Shown: piece after piece, positions 18,299-29,571 of the stretch
Position numbering within the stretch: the stretch's first letter is position 1
Layout of the letters: each line of letters begins with the position of its first letter
NCBI GenBank assembly: GCA_963724295.1
Contig: CAVRUC010000011.1
Location: 91,980-155,979, forward strand
DNA: 64,000 bases
Direction: 5' to 3'
From: an uncultured Chloroflexia bacterium
GTDB taxonomy: Bacteria; Chloroflexota; Chloroflexia; Thermomicrobiales; UBA6265
Translations under genes and position numbers: made by a program
The notes under the pieces: generated by a model
The model's database searches: none
Told to the model about the DNA's origin: nothing
The model's input: only the letters and a program-made list of their open reading frames with translations

Positions 18299-19350
18299 AC
18301 CGACCTTCTTCCTGTGTACCGAGCGGTGAGATCGTCGTCGCCCTGGTGTTGAATGCCGATCCAGTTGACCGCGAGCTTGGTCAGCCGTCCCAGGCCGAGA
18401 ATCGCGTTGTCAAAGCGTGGCTCTGCCCTCTCGGTGAAGGCCCTGCTGTTCAGGTGAATTTCACGTTCATGGACGTCGACCAGGTGCACACCCTCAGGCG
18501 GGGCGGGCTCCGTGGCAAGCGAGGTCTCGACAGTGCGGAATCCATAGGCGGTGTAGAGCCAGGGCGCCAGGATGCGGAAGGTGAAGCCGGTCTTGGTGGC
18601 CTCGGCGATATGCCTGAAGGGGAGGAGGAGCATCAAGGGAACGGCCGAGTTCCACATCGAGCCGGTGATCTCGGCGAAATAGCATGGGGTTGCCGTGAAA
18701 CCGGCGGCAGAGGTATCGATCTCAACCTGGATACCGGCAAGGATGATGGTGTCCTCCACCGGCTCCACCCATGATTGCCAGGCTGTCTCCCCGGGAACCG
18801 TTGCCCCGTGCCGGGTGCGCGGGCGTGCCATCGCCCGGGCGCGCTCCGGCGCGAACATCCGCGTGGAGGTTGCGTCCTCGTCGTTCCTGGCCTCGGCGGT
18901 CGAGGCCAGTTCGATACCATCGTGTGGGGTGTAAGCCGAAGGCGGCAACCACCGGAACGTGACGCCCGCGTCCGGGGTGGGGCGATCGCGACAGTAGCCG
19001 GCCGGCGGCGAGCAGGGCGGTGTCTCGTCGGCCTGGTAGGCGATGACGAGCGCTACGTCCTCAGCCTCGTCCGGTACGGGCAGACGCCGTTCATCCCGGA
19101 GCTGGAGCTCGCGCCCGAAGCAATCGTAGGCGAGGCCAGGTCTGACTCGCGCGATGCGGACGCCGCCGTCCATCTCGAACTCCACGTGAAGTCCGTGCGC
19201 TACCCCATAGGTTTGATGCAACGCTCGGTTGTGCCACCAGCGCAGCTGATCGTCTTGCGCGGCTTGCCCCACAAAGTCGCGGCGCAACATCGCCTGGCCA
19301 CGACCGTGTCGCAGGCGCTCGGGCTCAACCGGAATGAGGGGCGTCGTCAT
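18286..19350 (-). CDS. eCIS fibre-like hypothetical protein
   Basis: N-module 'ERLRHGRGQ...LRWWHNRALHQTYGVAHGL...PGLAYDCFGREL'; shares 'IDTS..GF..TP.YFA' with its neighbour. Confidence 0.65.
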   Translation of the reverse strand: MTTPLIPVEPERLRHGRGQAMLRRDFVGQAAQDDQLRWWHNRALHQTYGVAHGLHVEFEMDGGVRIARVRPGLAYDCFGRELQLRDERRLPVPDEAEDVALVIAYQADETPPCSPPAGYCRDRPTPDAGVTFRWLPPSAYTPHDGIELASTAEARNDEDATSTRMFAPERARAMARPRTRHGATVPGETAWQSWVEPVEDTIILAGIQVEIDTSAAGFTATPCYFAEITGSMWNSAVPLMLLLPFRHIAEATKTGFTFRILAPWLYTAYGFRTVETSLATEPAPPEGVHLVDVHEREIHLNSRAFTERAEPRFDNAILGLGRLTKLAVNWIGIQHQGDDDLTARYTGRRSVWVS

Positions 19351-19358
19351 CGAGGACC

Positions 19359-21617
19359 TCATCTCACATCGATCTCGTGCGGTCCGGCGTCGACCAGTCC
19401 GGTCGGTCCGAGGCAAACGTTGCCGCAGGTGGGGCAGCCGTCCTTGAGAAGCTCGAGGGCAAGGACGTGGGCAACCCCCGGCACCTCATCGATGACTCCC
19501 AACACCTCCGTGCGATAGACATCGCGGCCAAAAGGCCAGCCCGTGCCGTCCTGACCGCCCGTCAGCGGATGGAAGAAACGGTCGAGCGTCTCGCCAATTG
19601 CCGTCTGGACCTCGGCGGCGCGAGCGCCAGGACAAGCCTCGACCGTGGCGCGGACGGCGACGGTGACATAGAGCGGTCCGGCCACTTCGACCCGCGTTCC
19701 GATCACGCGGCCGCGGTTGAGATAGGCGGCAACAACCTGGCGCAAGCCGGGGGTTGGCTCCGGGTGGTCCGCCGGAAGGTGTGGCAGGATCAGCACGGTC
19801 ACAATGCCCGGCGCCTTCAGGCAGGGGAAGCCGGGATGGAAGTTCGCCCGCGCCTCGGCGCGCGCCAGGCGGGTCCCAGGCGTCTCCAGCGCGCGAACAA
19901 CCACGTCGTCGAGTGTCACGGCGCGCAGTGCCCGTTCCCGGCCCTCCCGGGCGCGGGCGATGGTGGCCGGCAGCGTCTCGGCGGCGGCGCCGCCAATGGC
20001 GGGAGTGACGTTGGTGATCTCACCCAGGGCCGCGGTAAGCTCGGTCAGGCCAGGGACCGTTGCTTCATTGTGGGCCGAGGAAGCGAGCCGGTTGATCGTT
20101 CGTGCCGGCAGATTGCCCTCAGCGGCGCGAGTGATGTCTGCCGACACCAGCAACGCCGAGCCAGGCGCGGCAGCCCGTCCCCGCTCACCATCGCCGAGGG
20201 TCAGGGCGCCGGCGGAGGAATCGAGTCGGGCATGGGCATCGGCTCGTCCCGAGGCGTCGAAGTCTGGCCGGATCGTCCACGTGCGCCAGCTGCCCCCCTC
20301 CAGGCTGGCGAGGTGAACGCTGTTCTTGACGACCGGCGCGTTGGCTATCTCGATCCGCTGCGACGGGGCGCCGCTCCCCCAGGCCACGGCCGCGGCCTCG
20401 ATGGTGAGGATGCGGGTGGCCGGTTCGTAGAGGAGCAACCGCACGCGCGGAGTCCCCGCGGAGGGTGCGACGAAGGCGAGATAGGTAACGTCGCCGCGGC
20501 TGTCGACAGTGAAATCGACACCGGTCCACGCGCCCGGGGCAGGTGGAGTGCCGACGACGTGCGCACCAGGCGCGATTTGCAGCCGCGCGGTCGCGGGCAC
20601 GGCCTGGACGGCCTCGACCGCGTTCAGGGCCAGGCCCCTCAGGACGGGCGCAGCGTCGTAGGCGCCGCGCACGAGCCGAACGCGCAGCCAGGTGAGAGCG
20701 TCCGCACGGCCGCCAAGGGTCGAAGTCGCCACTGGCCCTGGAGTACGGACGATGACGCGACCATCGAGCGTCAGGGCGCGAGTCTGATCGCGCACCCCGG
20801 TCTCGGGGTAGAGACGCGTCCAGGTCTCCGGTCCGGTGGTTATCTCCCAGATCACCTGGACCGCGTGGTGGGCAAGTCGAGGCGGCCGCACGTCCTCGTT
20901 GGGGTGTCCATCGTCGTCATCAGACAAGGCGGTCCGCCCGCAGTCGATGGCGTCCCATGGCGGCGCGCAGTCCGCAACGCGTCCCGCCAGTTCTTCCGCG
21001 ATCCGGTCCCGTTCGGCGCGACCAGCGCGATCGGCCGGATCCAACGCGATCCCCAGGCTCACCTCAGATTCAGCTGGCCAGGGAGCGGGCATCGCGAACC
21101 CGAGGTAAAGCGCCGCTCCGGGCTGGGGATCGACCCCAAAGGGCTGCACCGGTTCGCCGCGGGCCCAGGCCGCGGTCTGATCCTCGAGCGTGGTTCCGTC
21201 CGACGTGAAAACGGCGGCGATGCGCCCCGGTTGCACCGTCAGCTCATGGCGAGCGCGGAACTGCACTGGCACGCCGGTAGGGTCGGATCCCTCGAACTCC
21301 AAACCGGCCGGAATCGGCTGTGGGGGAAACCCGTCCGCAAGGCGCAGGGCCAGCAATGTCTCGGCTGGTTGCGGCGGCTGCGGCACGATTCCGGCCAGGG
21401 CCAGGAACTTCAGACGCTGGGCATCGGTGATGCGGTTGACCGCGTAGATGTCCATCTCCGCAATCCAGGCAAAGAGATCGATCAGGGTGATGCCTGGATC
21501 ATGCGCGTTGTGATCGGTCCACTCGGGTGCGTAGAACGGGATGAGGGCGCGTCCCTCGTCAACGAGGTCCGCCCACCGCCGGTCGTCCAGGCTTGGAAGT
21601 GGCAGCGCCGTTGCCAT
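19359..21617 (-). CDS. Baseplate J/gp47-like protein (Afp11-like)
   Basis: 'LPSLDDRRWADLV...PEWTDHNAHDPGITL', 'GDGERG', 'GGAAAET...RAVT', 'GWPFGRDVY'. Confidence 0.9.
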   Translation of the reverse strand: MATALPLPSLDDRRWADLVDEGRALIPFYAPEWTDHNAHDPGITLIDLFAWIAEMDIYAVNRITDAQRLKFLALAGIVPQPPQPAETLLALRLADGFPPQPIPAGLEFEGSDPTGVPVQFRARHELTVQPGRIAAVFTSDGTTLEDQTAAWARGEPVQPFGVDPQPGAALYLGFAMPAPWPAESEVSLGIALDPADRAGRAERDRIAEELAGRVADCAPPWDAIDCGRTALSDDDDGHPNEDVRPPRLAHHAVQVIWEITTGPETWTRLYPETGVRDQTRALTLDGRVIVRTPGPVATSTLGGRADALTWLRVRLVRGAYDAAPVLRGLALNAVEAVQAVPATARLQIAPGAHVVGTPPAPGAWTGVDFTVDSRGDVTYLAFVAPSAGTPRVRLLLYEPATRILTIEAAAVAWGSGAPSQRIEIANAPVVKNSVHLASLEGGSWRTWTIRPDFDASGRADAHARLDSSAGALTLGDGERGRAAAPGSALLVSADITRAAEGNLPARTINRLASSAHNEATVPGLTELTAALGEITNVTPAIGGAAAETLPATIARAREGRERALRAVTLDDVVVRALETPGTRLARAEARANFHPGFPCLKAPGIVTVLILPHLPADHPEPTPGLRQVVAAYLNRGRVIGTRVEVAGPLYVTVAVRATVEACPGARAAEVQTAIGETLDRFFHPLTGGQDGTGWPFGRDVYRTEVLGVIDEVPGVAHVLALELLKDGCPTCGNVCLGPTGLVDAGPHEIDVR

Positions 21618-21641
21618 TATTGGATGCCTCTCTCGTGCCGC

Positions 21642-24600
21642 CTAAGGCGCGTACTCACGTGCCACCTTGATCCGGAGCTCACCGGCAATCACCATGCGAT
21701 CGCGCGCGACGTCGATTCGTTCGCCACCGATGCGGCCATCGATTGAGATCGCGAGCGATTCAACAAAATCCAACCCCTCCACCCGTTCCAGCACGGCGGC
21801 GAGGTCCGATAGGTAGACATTCTGTCCTGGCTGCCAACCCCTGCCGTCCGGCCCCCCGTAGAGCGGATGGAGCAGACGGGCGAGTGTGGCTCGGGCGCGC
21901 TGCTCGATAGCCCCGGCCTCGGCCGGGACTCGAGGCACAATCGTGGCGTCGACATCGATCGCCACGTACGCCGGACCGGTGACGTCGATCCGTTCCAGCC
22001 CCGCCAGCGCGGCATCAGCACGCTCCTCGACATAGCGGCGCACGGACTCACGCAGGCCGAAGGAGGGCCATGGTCGCGGATCGGGGCTGGCCGGGATAAT
22101 GACCAGCGTGACGTGACCTGGGTGCCGCCGACCGTCAACCGAACGAACCGGCAAGGCGCGGGCGACCGCCACCGCGGGCGAGGCTTCCCGGGCCATGGTG
22201 GCGAGATCGGTCAGGGACAGGGCTCGGCCGCGGTGGTGCAGTGTCAAGGGACCGCGGGTGCGGAGTGCATCGAGGGTCTCGGCATCGGCGCCGCCCTCCG
22301 CCGGAAAGGGGTTCGAGACGGCATCGACACCGCCGATGGCGCCCTGCAATTCCTTAATGGCGCCGGCCGGGACATTGCCGGCACTGCCGCCACCGGTCTG
22401 GTAGCGGCGGGCGAGCACGGCGGCGCCGGCCGGGGGCACCTTGCCGGCGGTGCCGTCGCCAAATTGCAGGCGGCCGCGGGATCGCTCGAGTTGGTAGTGA
22501 CGGTCATTCGGCCCGGAGCGAAGCAGGTGCTCCTGCCCCTGCCAGCGAACCCAGACCTCCGTCACCTGCTTGGTCCGGTCGCGCCGCAGACGCAAGGAGC
22601 CATACTCCACCTCGGCGTCGGACCCTTCGCGTCCGAGCAGCGCCTCGATCTCGCGGATGGCGCGCTGATTGCCGGGAAAGAGCTCCAGGGCGATGATGCG
22701 CCACTCGACGTTTGCGCGAGGGGCGGCGAGCTCGCGAACCTCGATCTGCTCACCGGGGAGGACCGGTATCTGACCGATGGCGAAGACCTGGTTCGGCCGG
22801 CCGGTGCTGGCGCCGATCGGGTCATCGACCACAGTCTGCTGCTGCACGGCATAGGCGGCGTTCGGGTGGATGGAGCGGACGGTTGGTGCGCCGGGCGGCC
22901 CGTCCTCCTTGAGGCGGACGCGCAGCCAGGAGCGTGCCGTGCCGAATCGCGGCATGGCCTGGCTGTCCTGCGGCCCGATCAGGTTGACCAGCCCGGGAAG
23001 CCGCAGCCGGCGTGTCCCGTCATCGACGGGCAGCACGCGCCAGGCGCCGCCGTCCCAGTATTCCCAGAGCGCGGCGGGTCCGAGCGTCTCGGCGGTGTCC
23101 TCTTCGATGTCGAAGAAGATTCCGATCTGATCGACCGGCAGTGGCTTGTCGAAACCGAGGTAGAGCGCCGGGGTAATGTCGGCCGGCGGGGTGAACGGCT
23201 GGAAGACCTTACCCGGCCAGATCGCCTCATCGGTGCGGTCAGCGTACTGGAAGTCGTTGTACGTGAAGACCTGCTCCGGCGCGAACGGGCCGTAGCTCCA
23301 GGTATAGCCGAGCTTGAGCTCGGCCAGGGCAGGGGGAGCGCTGACCACATAGGTGAACTCGTTGCTGGGCTCCCAGGTCACCGTCTTCGTGAAGCCGTAC
23401 CCGCCGCTGACGAGCCGCACCCGCATCCAGCGCGCCTCGACATCCGCCACGACCGTCGGCACCATCTCTTCGGGCACCTTCAGGATCACGTTTGTGTAGG
23501 CCGCGCTCTGAACGGCAGCGGCGCCCGTTCCGACGAACGGCAAAGCTGGACTCAGATCGGCAGGGCTTGTCGTCGGATCGTGGGTGAAACCGGGGACTTC
23601 CGCCCACTCGCGACCGTTCCAGTACTCCCATGCGACCCGGTGCGGCAAGGCAGGATCGGTCGTGGCCTTGGTTTGATCTTGCGGCGTCGGGGTTCGCACG
23701 TAGCTGATGTGCAGATCCGCTCCCGGTTTGGAAAAGACCTCTTCTGAGGAGAAGTAGAAGACTGAGCCGGGCTGCGGCTGCATGCCGAACGGATAGAACG
23801 GCTCACTGAGGTCGACTTCGGTGCCGTCAATGATGGCGGTATCCGGGAGAAAGCCGCCCTCGATCGCGGGCGGCTCTCCCGTGGGGAGCGTGGCCTGGCC
23901 GATGGGACGAGTGACAACCGTGGAGAGCTGAATCTGCTCCACTTCCGGCAGCAATTGAGCGGGATTGGGCAGGAGCGGTTCCGTCAGACGGCCGCGCACC
24001 CAGAAGTTCTCGATCCCGTCGACTGCCGTCTGCTTCGTCTCGGCGCAGTCGGTCAGCAGGTGGATGGTGCCGGTCTGCTGGAAGCGCGCCGTGCTGTCTT
24101 CGTTCTCGGCCTGCTGCTGGTCGCAGGCGGCGAGGGTGTTCCGGAACGGCCGCCAGACTTTGCCGTCCCAGTACTCCCAAATGGTGTCGAGTGCTTCGGA
24201 GGCGCCCTGGCTCAGCTCAAACTCGACCCTGACCTCGCTCTGGCCGGAGAGGGCCAGCAACGTCGTGGTGGGCGAGGTAGAGGTGATGAGGCATATCGAT
24301 CAGGTCGGACAGCTTCCAGGGCTGGAACGGTTGCCCGGCCGTCAGCGCGGGCATGTGGTCGATCGATTGGTCGCGGCCCGGCCAGAGACTCCGCAGCTCG
24401 ACCAATCTACCGGCAGCCAGCCCGGTGGCCTGCTCCGTTTCGAAGAGACACTGGGCCCGGGGGGGTCGTGGATGGCTGTTCGGGCGGCGGGAGCAGAGCG
24501 ACGCTTGTGGGCGGTGGCTCCGGCGCCTTGGCGGCGAGCCGCGTGCCAGCTGGCACGCGGCTGTCGTTCGCGTCCTCCGCAAGCGTAAAAACGACCACGG

Positions 24601-24851
24601 CGCGGGCCGTCTGGGCGGGGACGAGCCGCACGCCCAACAGATCGAGCATCGCCAGTTGCGCCTGTCCGGCGTCTGGTTGAGCCGGGCCGCGATCGCGGCC
24701 AGGTAGCGGCCCAGCACCTCGGCCAGCGCGACGTCCGGGCCGGTCGTTCCCGGCTGCCACTCCGGCACGTAGCCGGCGCGTCGGGCCCGCAGTGCTTCGA
24801 CGAAGGCGGCGGCATCTCGGGCTCGATCTGGGGCCGCGCGGTGGAGGTCAC
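21642..24851 (-). CDS. Second baseplate J-like protein; frameshifts in the first ~600 bp
   Basis: N-terminal pieces in ORFs 24217..24978 and 24407..24760 ('YVPEWQP...RLNQTPD..LAMLDLLG'); main ORF has 'WEYWDG', 'FGDGTAG..P', 'GGADAET', 'GWQPGQNVY'. Confidence 0.85.
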
Positions 24852-25277
24852 CGGGGCGTCCCTTCATCCAGGTAGAAGGGGTAGACGAGATTGAGGAGCG
24901 TGTTGGTGGCCCGGACCCGGTAGTGGACCTCGATGTTGAGGCGATTGCGCTCGTCGCCGTCCGTGGTGACATCGACATGCTCGAGCACCTCGATCCGCGC
25001 CTCCCAGTCGACGAGGGCCTCGTGGACGCGGGTCCGCATCTGGGTCATGGTCGTCGGGTTGACCGGCTCGAAGACGAAGCGAATCAGCCGGCGCCGAAGT
25101 CGGGGCGCATCACACGCTCGCCTGGATCGGTGCCGAGGATGATCCGGATCGCCTGTCGGATATCCTCCTCATAGGCCGTCATGGCTGGCGTGCCACCGGC
25201 CGGCACGGAGGCGACGGGAAGGCCCAACCAGTGCCGAGGAACGCCTTGGGGTCGAACCGGAGAGCGGACGCCGCCAT
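24848..25277 (-). CDS. GPW/gp25 baseplate protein (frameshifted)
   Basis: Fragments 'FLGTGWAFP', 'EEDIRQAIRIILGTDPGERVMRPDFG', 'WEARIEV...VRATNT..NLVYPFYL'. Confidence 0.85.
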
Positions 25278-25281
25278 CGCC

Positions 25282-25572
25282 TCATCCGCCGATCTGCACG
25301 GTGGGCAGACCGCCGAGGATGGCGGCGCCGCAGCCAGCCGTGTCGCCTATCCGGGCGGCGGCCGGCCACCGATCAGCACGGTCTTACTGCCCTTCACGAT
25401 CGTGGTCGGCGGGTGCGGCCCCGCTCCCGTTGGAGCCGGCGGCATGCCGCACGTGTGGGAGTCGCCGATGACCGCCGCTGGCTGGCCACCGATGAGAACG
25501 GTCGCCACGCCAGGGCCGGATGACGATTCCAGGGTGACCGGTGGGGTCGAGAACTCGCGCGGCATCGGGCAT
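25282..25572 (-). CDS. PAAR spike-tip protein (frameshifted)
   Basis: 'MPDAARVLD', 'TVLIGGQPAAVIGDSHTC', 'GSKTVLIGGRP', 'GCGAAILGGLPTVQIGG'. Confidence 0.85.
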
Positions 25573-25596
25573 TGAAGATGCTCCTTTCAGAATCCG

Positions 25597-26262
25597 TCAG
25601 TTGATCTTGACGAGTGGGGCAGTGATGTTGCAGGCCTTCCCGGACTTGACCTCGGTCAGTGGCCTTGCCGGTAACCGTCGACCTTTGCCCCCGAGAGGTT
25701 GATCTCGGCGGCTTCAGGTCAATGCTCTTGGCTGCCTTGATCGAGATGGACTGCGTCGTGTTGTCAAGGGTGATCGTGACCGAGCCGGCGAGGTTCGTCA
25801 GCTCGATCTTCTTTGGGTCCATGGTGATCTTCTGCTTGGTCGTGGTCGTGATCGTGAGCGATAGCAGGAGATCGTCCATCTCGATCTCATGGCCGGCGGC
25901 CGAGGTCAGACCGCTGCGGATGATGCGCTTGACGAGGGCGGTGAGCAGGGGTGGTGACGGGGATGCGATCGCTGTCGTTCCAGAGCCCGCCGATGACGAA
26001 GGCGTCGGTTGGATCGTCGTTCGCCAGGGCGACAAGCACCTCGTCGTCCTTGCGCGGAGCGTAGAAGAAGCCCGCGCTGGGCCCGGCGCCGATCGCGGCC
26101 AGCCGCGCCCAGACCACCTGATCGATGGCGGGGATGCGCACCACACCTTCCCCTGCATTGGGCAGATCGAAATTGCCAGTGACCGTGCCAACCGCGATGC
26201 TGACGTTAGGTTTGACCTCAACATCCTCATCGACGGTTCGCCACTCCCACATCGTCGGTCAT
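25597..26262 (-). CDS. gpV/VgrG-like spike (OB-fold + beta-helix), frameshifted
   Basis: 'WARLAAIGAG..GFFYAP..DDEVLVAL..DP..FVIGGLWN', then 'GHEIEMDD', ending 'PLVKIN'. Confidence 0.8.
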
Positions 26263-26293
26263 GGTCGTCCCCTTCGTTGCCCGGGCGCCCGGG

Positions 26294-27516
26294 CTAGCCG
26301 ATCCGCTGACCGTTGACGCGAGCCAGGCCGCCGATGCCCCTGGGGATCGGAATCGAGCCGAACCAGACCTCTTTGCGCGCGTCGAAGGAGGTCTTGAAGC
26401 CGCCACCGTCGATGGTGTGGGTGGCCGACGTGATGCGGTAGAGCCCACTGAACTGGTCGCCGAGACCCTGCAGGTCGATCACCCGGCCGGCCTTGAGCGC
26501 AAGGTTGCCGACCGCGCTGCCGCTGCCGGTCAGCCGGTTGTTGAGTCGGGAGCAGCTCGCTGAGCAAGCGTCTTCGGCATCGTGGCTGGCCCGACGGCTT
26601 CGACCTTGAGCAAGCGCTTTGGACTTGGCCGGGCCGGTCACGCCATCGAGACCGCCGAACGCCGGGGAAGATCTGCAGATCGAACGCCGCACGGTCGTAG
26701 TCCCAGCCGAGAACGACGACGAACTCCATCTTGATGCTGGGGATCCAGATCCGGGTCTGGACGCCGGCACCTGACCGACCGTGGTCAGCTTCGGGCGTGA
26801 AGTCGGCGAGCGATGCGCCCCAGGTCAGGCTGACGCTGGGCGAGTAGTCCTGAACGAGGAACTGGAAGCGGAGCACGTAGCCCTGCGGCTCCAGGGTGTG
26901 ATCGATGTACATCTCCCACCCGTTCTCCTTGGCGATCCGCTCAGGAAGTCGAAGTCGCTCTCGCCCTGCTGCAGGCGGACGCCCTTCTTGGCGTCGAGCG
27001 GGACTGATGGCGTAGGCCAGCAACAGCGTGAAGAACGAGAGCGCCGCGCCGATCGGGTCGTTGATATGGGATGAGCAGATTGGTGGCGGAGACCAGCGAG
27101 GTCACGAGCGGCGTCGGGCAGCGGGAAATGGCCGATGGTCGGCAGGTTGAGCGTGAACCCGCGATCCTTGGTGCCGGTGGTCAGACGCTGCAGGAAGTCG
27201 TGGGCGACAATCGTCAGGGTCGGCATCCCGCCGTTCGGGAATGTGGCGTTGACGCCGGTGATCTCGCCGACGAAGACCCGCTCCAGCGGATCGGGCGCAT
27301 AGCCGAGCGAGAGCGTGAACCGGATTGTCGACCTGCAGCAGCGGATGATCCAGCCAGCGCAACCCTTCGTTGGCGATCGTGACCTCGACCCGGTCGGCGC
27401 CCTGCATGCCGTCGGTGTAGCTGATCCGGCTGACGGCGCCGCGCAGCGCCGGCGGGATCGGATCGCCGTCGATCTCGATCGAGAACTCGGGGGCGTAGGT
27501 CGCGTAACGACGCCAT
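26294..27516 (-). CDS. Phage late control D / spike hub (Afp8 N-terminal-like), frameshifted
   Basis: 'YAPEFSIEIDG', 'QGESDFDFL..IAKENG', 'GLGDQFSGLYRITSATHTIDGGGFKTSF' across several frames. Confidence 0.8.
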
Positions 27517-27517
27517 C

Positions 27518-28192
27518 TCAGCGCACCGACCTCGTCCCGTCTCCGGGTCGTTGAACGGCAGCGATGGGATCCGCAGCGACTGACCGACGCGCGATAGCCC
27601 GGGGATCGTCCAGCGCGTTGGCGAGCGCGATCGGCCGCCACAGGCGTCGGATCCTCGTAGTGCTGTGCGGCGATCGCCGCTCAGCGTCTCGCCGTCGATG
27701 ACGACGTGGACCTTGCTGAAGTCGGCGGTCTGGCGGTTGATCTCCTTGGCCTCGCGCTCGGCGTCGATGAAGCGGTTGAAGGTCACGGTGACGCGGGCGC
27801 GGACCGGGCGGCCGTTGTCGGCGAACATCTGGAACTTCTGGCTCGCCCGCGCCAGCACACAGCGGAAGTCGAGACTGCCCCATTGCACCCGAAGCACCGG
27901 CGGCGCGTGCAGATCCGGGTCGATCTCGAGCAGACCGCGTGACCTTGTCGGTCAACATCGCGGACGTCCGCGCTTCTCGCAGGCTGTCGGTGTCCCAGGT
28001 GTCGAAGAAGAGCTCCATCTCCAGCGTGTGCATGTTGCCGTTGACGAACTGGAGGATGGGGCCCGACAGCCCGGGGATCGCCTGGGAGGCAAAGGTGTTG
28101 TCCTGGTTGAGCGTGTACTCCTCGGGGTTGAACGGCAGGAAGATCACTTCCCCGGTGTGCTCAACCGTCACCTGGAGCTTGGCGAGTGCCAT
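27518..28192 (-). CDS. CIS tube-initiator LysM protein (Afp7-like), frameshifted
   Basis: 'FNPEEYTL...PGL..PILQF...LFFDT', 'HAPPVLRVQWG', LysM 'GETLS...YEDP..WRPIALAN'. Confidence 0.85.
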   Translation of the reverse strand: MALAKLQVTVEHTGEVIFLPFNPEEYTLNQDNTFASQAIPGLSGPILQFVNGNMHTLEMELFFDTWDTDSLREARTSAMLTDKVTRSARDRPGSARAAGASGAMGQSRLPLCAGAGEPEVPDVRRQRPPGPRPRHRDLQPLHRRRARGQGDQPPDRRLQQGPRRHRRRDAERRSPHSTTRIRRLWRPIALANALDDPRAIARRSVAADPIAAVQRPGDGTRSVR

Positions 28193-28217
28193 CGGGTCTC
28201 TCCGCCGATCCGAGGCG

Positions 28218-29040
28218 TTAGGATGGCGCGCCCGAACCGTTCCCGGTGGGCGATCAGGCGATCATCGATTCTGCGTCACGATCTGATCGGTCAGCCGCTC
28301 GAGGTCGAGGCCAGGCGCGCCCGTTGCTCCCGGCGCCCCTGGCAACGCTTGCCAGGCCATGCCAGCCGGCATCTGCCCTGCCCGGGCCGTCGATTGCTGC
28401 TGCTGGATGGCGACCAGCGCGCGCTCGACTTCGGCGCTCACACTCGGCTGCTCCCGGATGGCGGCTTTGCCCTGGGCGCGCACCTCGACCCGCTGGTGCG
28501 CTGGACGACGTCGACTGACGAGCTCCTCGATCGCGCGCCGCACCGGCACGCCTTCCCAGGCGGCCTCGCTGCTCGGCATCCTGCCGCGATCGGTTCCGCG
28601 TACCGCTCCCACTGCTGGCGTTGCCGACATGACCGTCATCGTGCCGCGAGCTGGCCTCAACGCCATGGCGCGGCGAGCCGGCCCGATCCACCGTCGGCGC
28701 GGCCAGCCGGCGCCCCGGCTCGTGCCTGGCGCTTGAGGACGGCCATCGCGATGAGCAATCGAGCGGCCGGGTTGACGACCACGTGCAGGAGATGCGTCGC
28801 AGACGCGGTGCGCCGGGGACGCTCGGTCGTGACTGCTTACGTGGGGCGTTCGGGACAGCACCGTCATCCTGGAGGCCGGCCGCGGACCATCGGGCCGGCG
28901 CCGCTGCCCGACCGGGTGCCCGCCCAGGCGCGCCACCGGTTCGGCGCCCGCCGCGCGGCGCACGGCCAGCCCCGCCGCCGACGGATCGGCTGCAGCATCG
29001 GGTTGTCCCGGTCGGCCAGATTCGGCAAATGCGACGTCAC
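28218..29040 (-). CDS. Low-complexity eCIS hypothetical protein, frameshifted (ends approximate)
   Basis: GTGA overlap with the upstream stop; ends in 'DLERLTDQIV...DDRLIAHRERFG', a C-terminal motif typical at this position in CIS operons. Confidence 0.5.
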
Positions 29041-29205
29041 GGCGCGGTCCCTTCGTTGATGCGCTGGTTGATGGCGGAGATCTCCGCCACCCAGCGGCGG
29101 CGGTCCGCGTGTTCGAGGTTCATGACGGTCGTCTGGGGGCCAGTGGAAGTGGTACGCGACGAAGGCTACCTCCTCGTACAAGCGCCTTGAGGGGGTAGCC
29201 TATGA
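29037..29205 (-). CDS. DUF6760-like small protein with no evident start of its own
   Basis: 'IGYP...LYEEVAFVAYHFHW...LEHADRRRWVAEISAIN'. Confidence 0.75.
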
Positions 29206-29568
29206 CCCCCCCACGCCGTTCAACGCCACCGAGAAGTCGTGCTCGCAGTGCGGGCAGGCGGCCTCGACCGGTCGCCGCGCCGGTTCGGTTGATCTGGTTG
29301 TAGAACTCCTGCAGGTAGGCGAGATCGGCCGCATACAGCCCCTCGATGACCTTCGGATTGATCTGCGAACGGTGCCGAGCGAGGTGATCACGCGAGCGAG
29401 GATGATCACGATCAGGTAGGCCTCGTTCTGCTGCACCCCGGCATCGCGCAGCGGGTGGATCTCGTCGGCCGCGGTCGCCAGGCGCATCGTGCCGTTCGCG
29501 ATGCAGCGTGCCGTCGTCATCGACAAAGCCGAGCGGCAGCGTGAAGTCGGATACTCGGTCCGGAACAT
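29200..29568 (-). CDS. Tail-assembly-chaperone-like eCIS protein, frameshifted
   Basis: 'FTLPLGFVDDDGTLHR.GTMRLATAADEI...LARVITSLG...ADLAYLQEFYNQIN...CPHC'; directly follows the tube gene. Confidence 0.7.
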   Translation of the reverse strand: MFRTEYPTSRCRSALSMTTARCIANGTMRLATAADEIHPLRDAGVQQNEAYLIVIILARVITSLGTVRRSIRRSSRGCMRPISPTCRSSTTRSTEPARRPVEAACPHCEHDFSVALNGVGGS

Positions 29569-29571
29569 GGC

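Noticed and set aside
19377..23747. Long plus-strand ORFs (789 aa and 626 aa; also 12913..14142, 47016..48107)
   Set aside because: Antisense shadows of well-supported genes in high-GC DNA, with no recognisable motifs.
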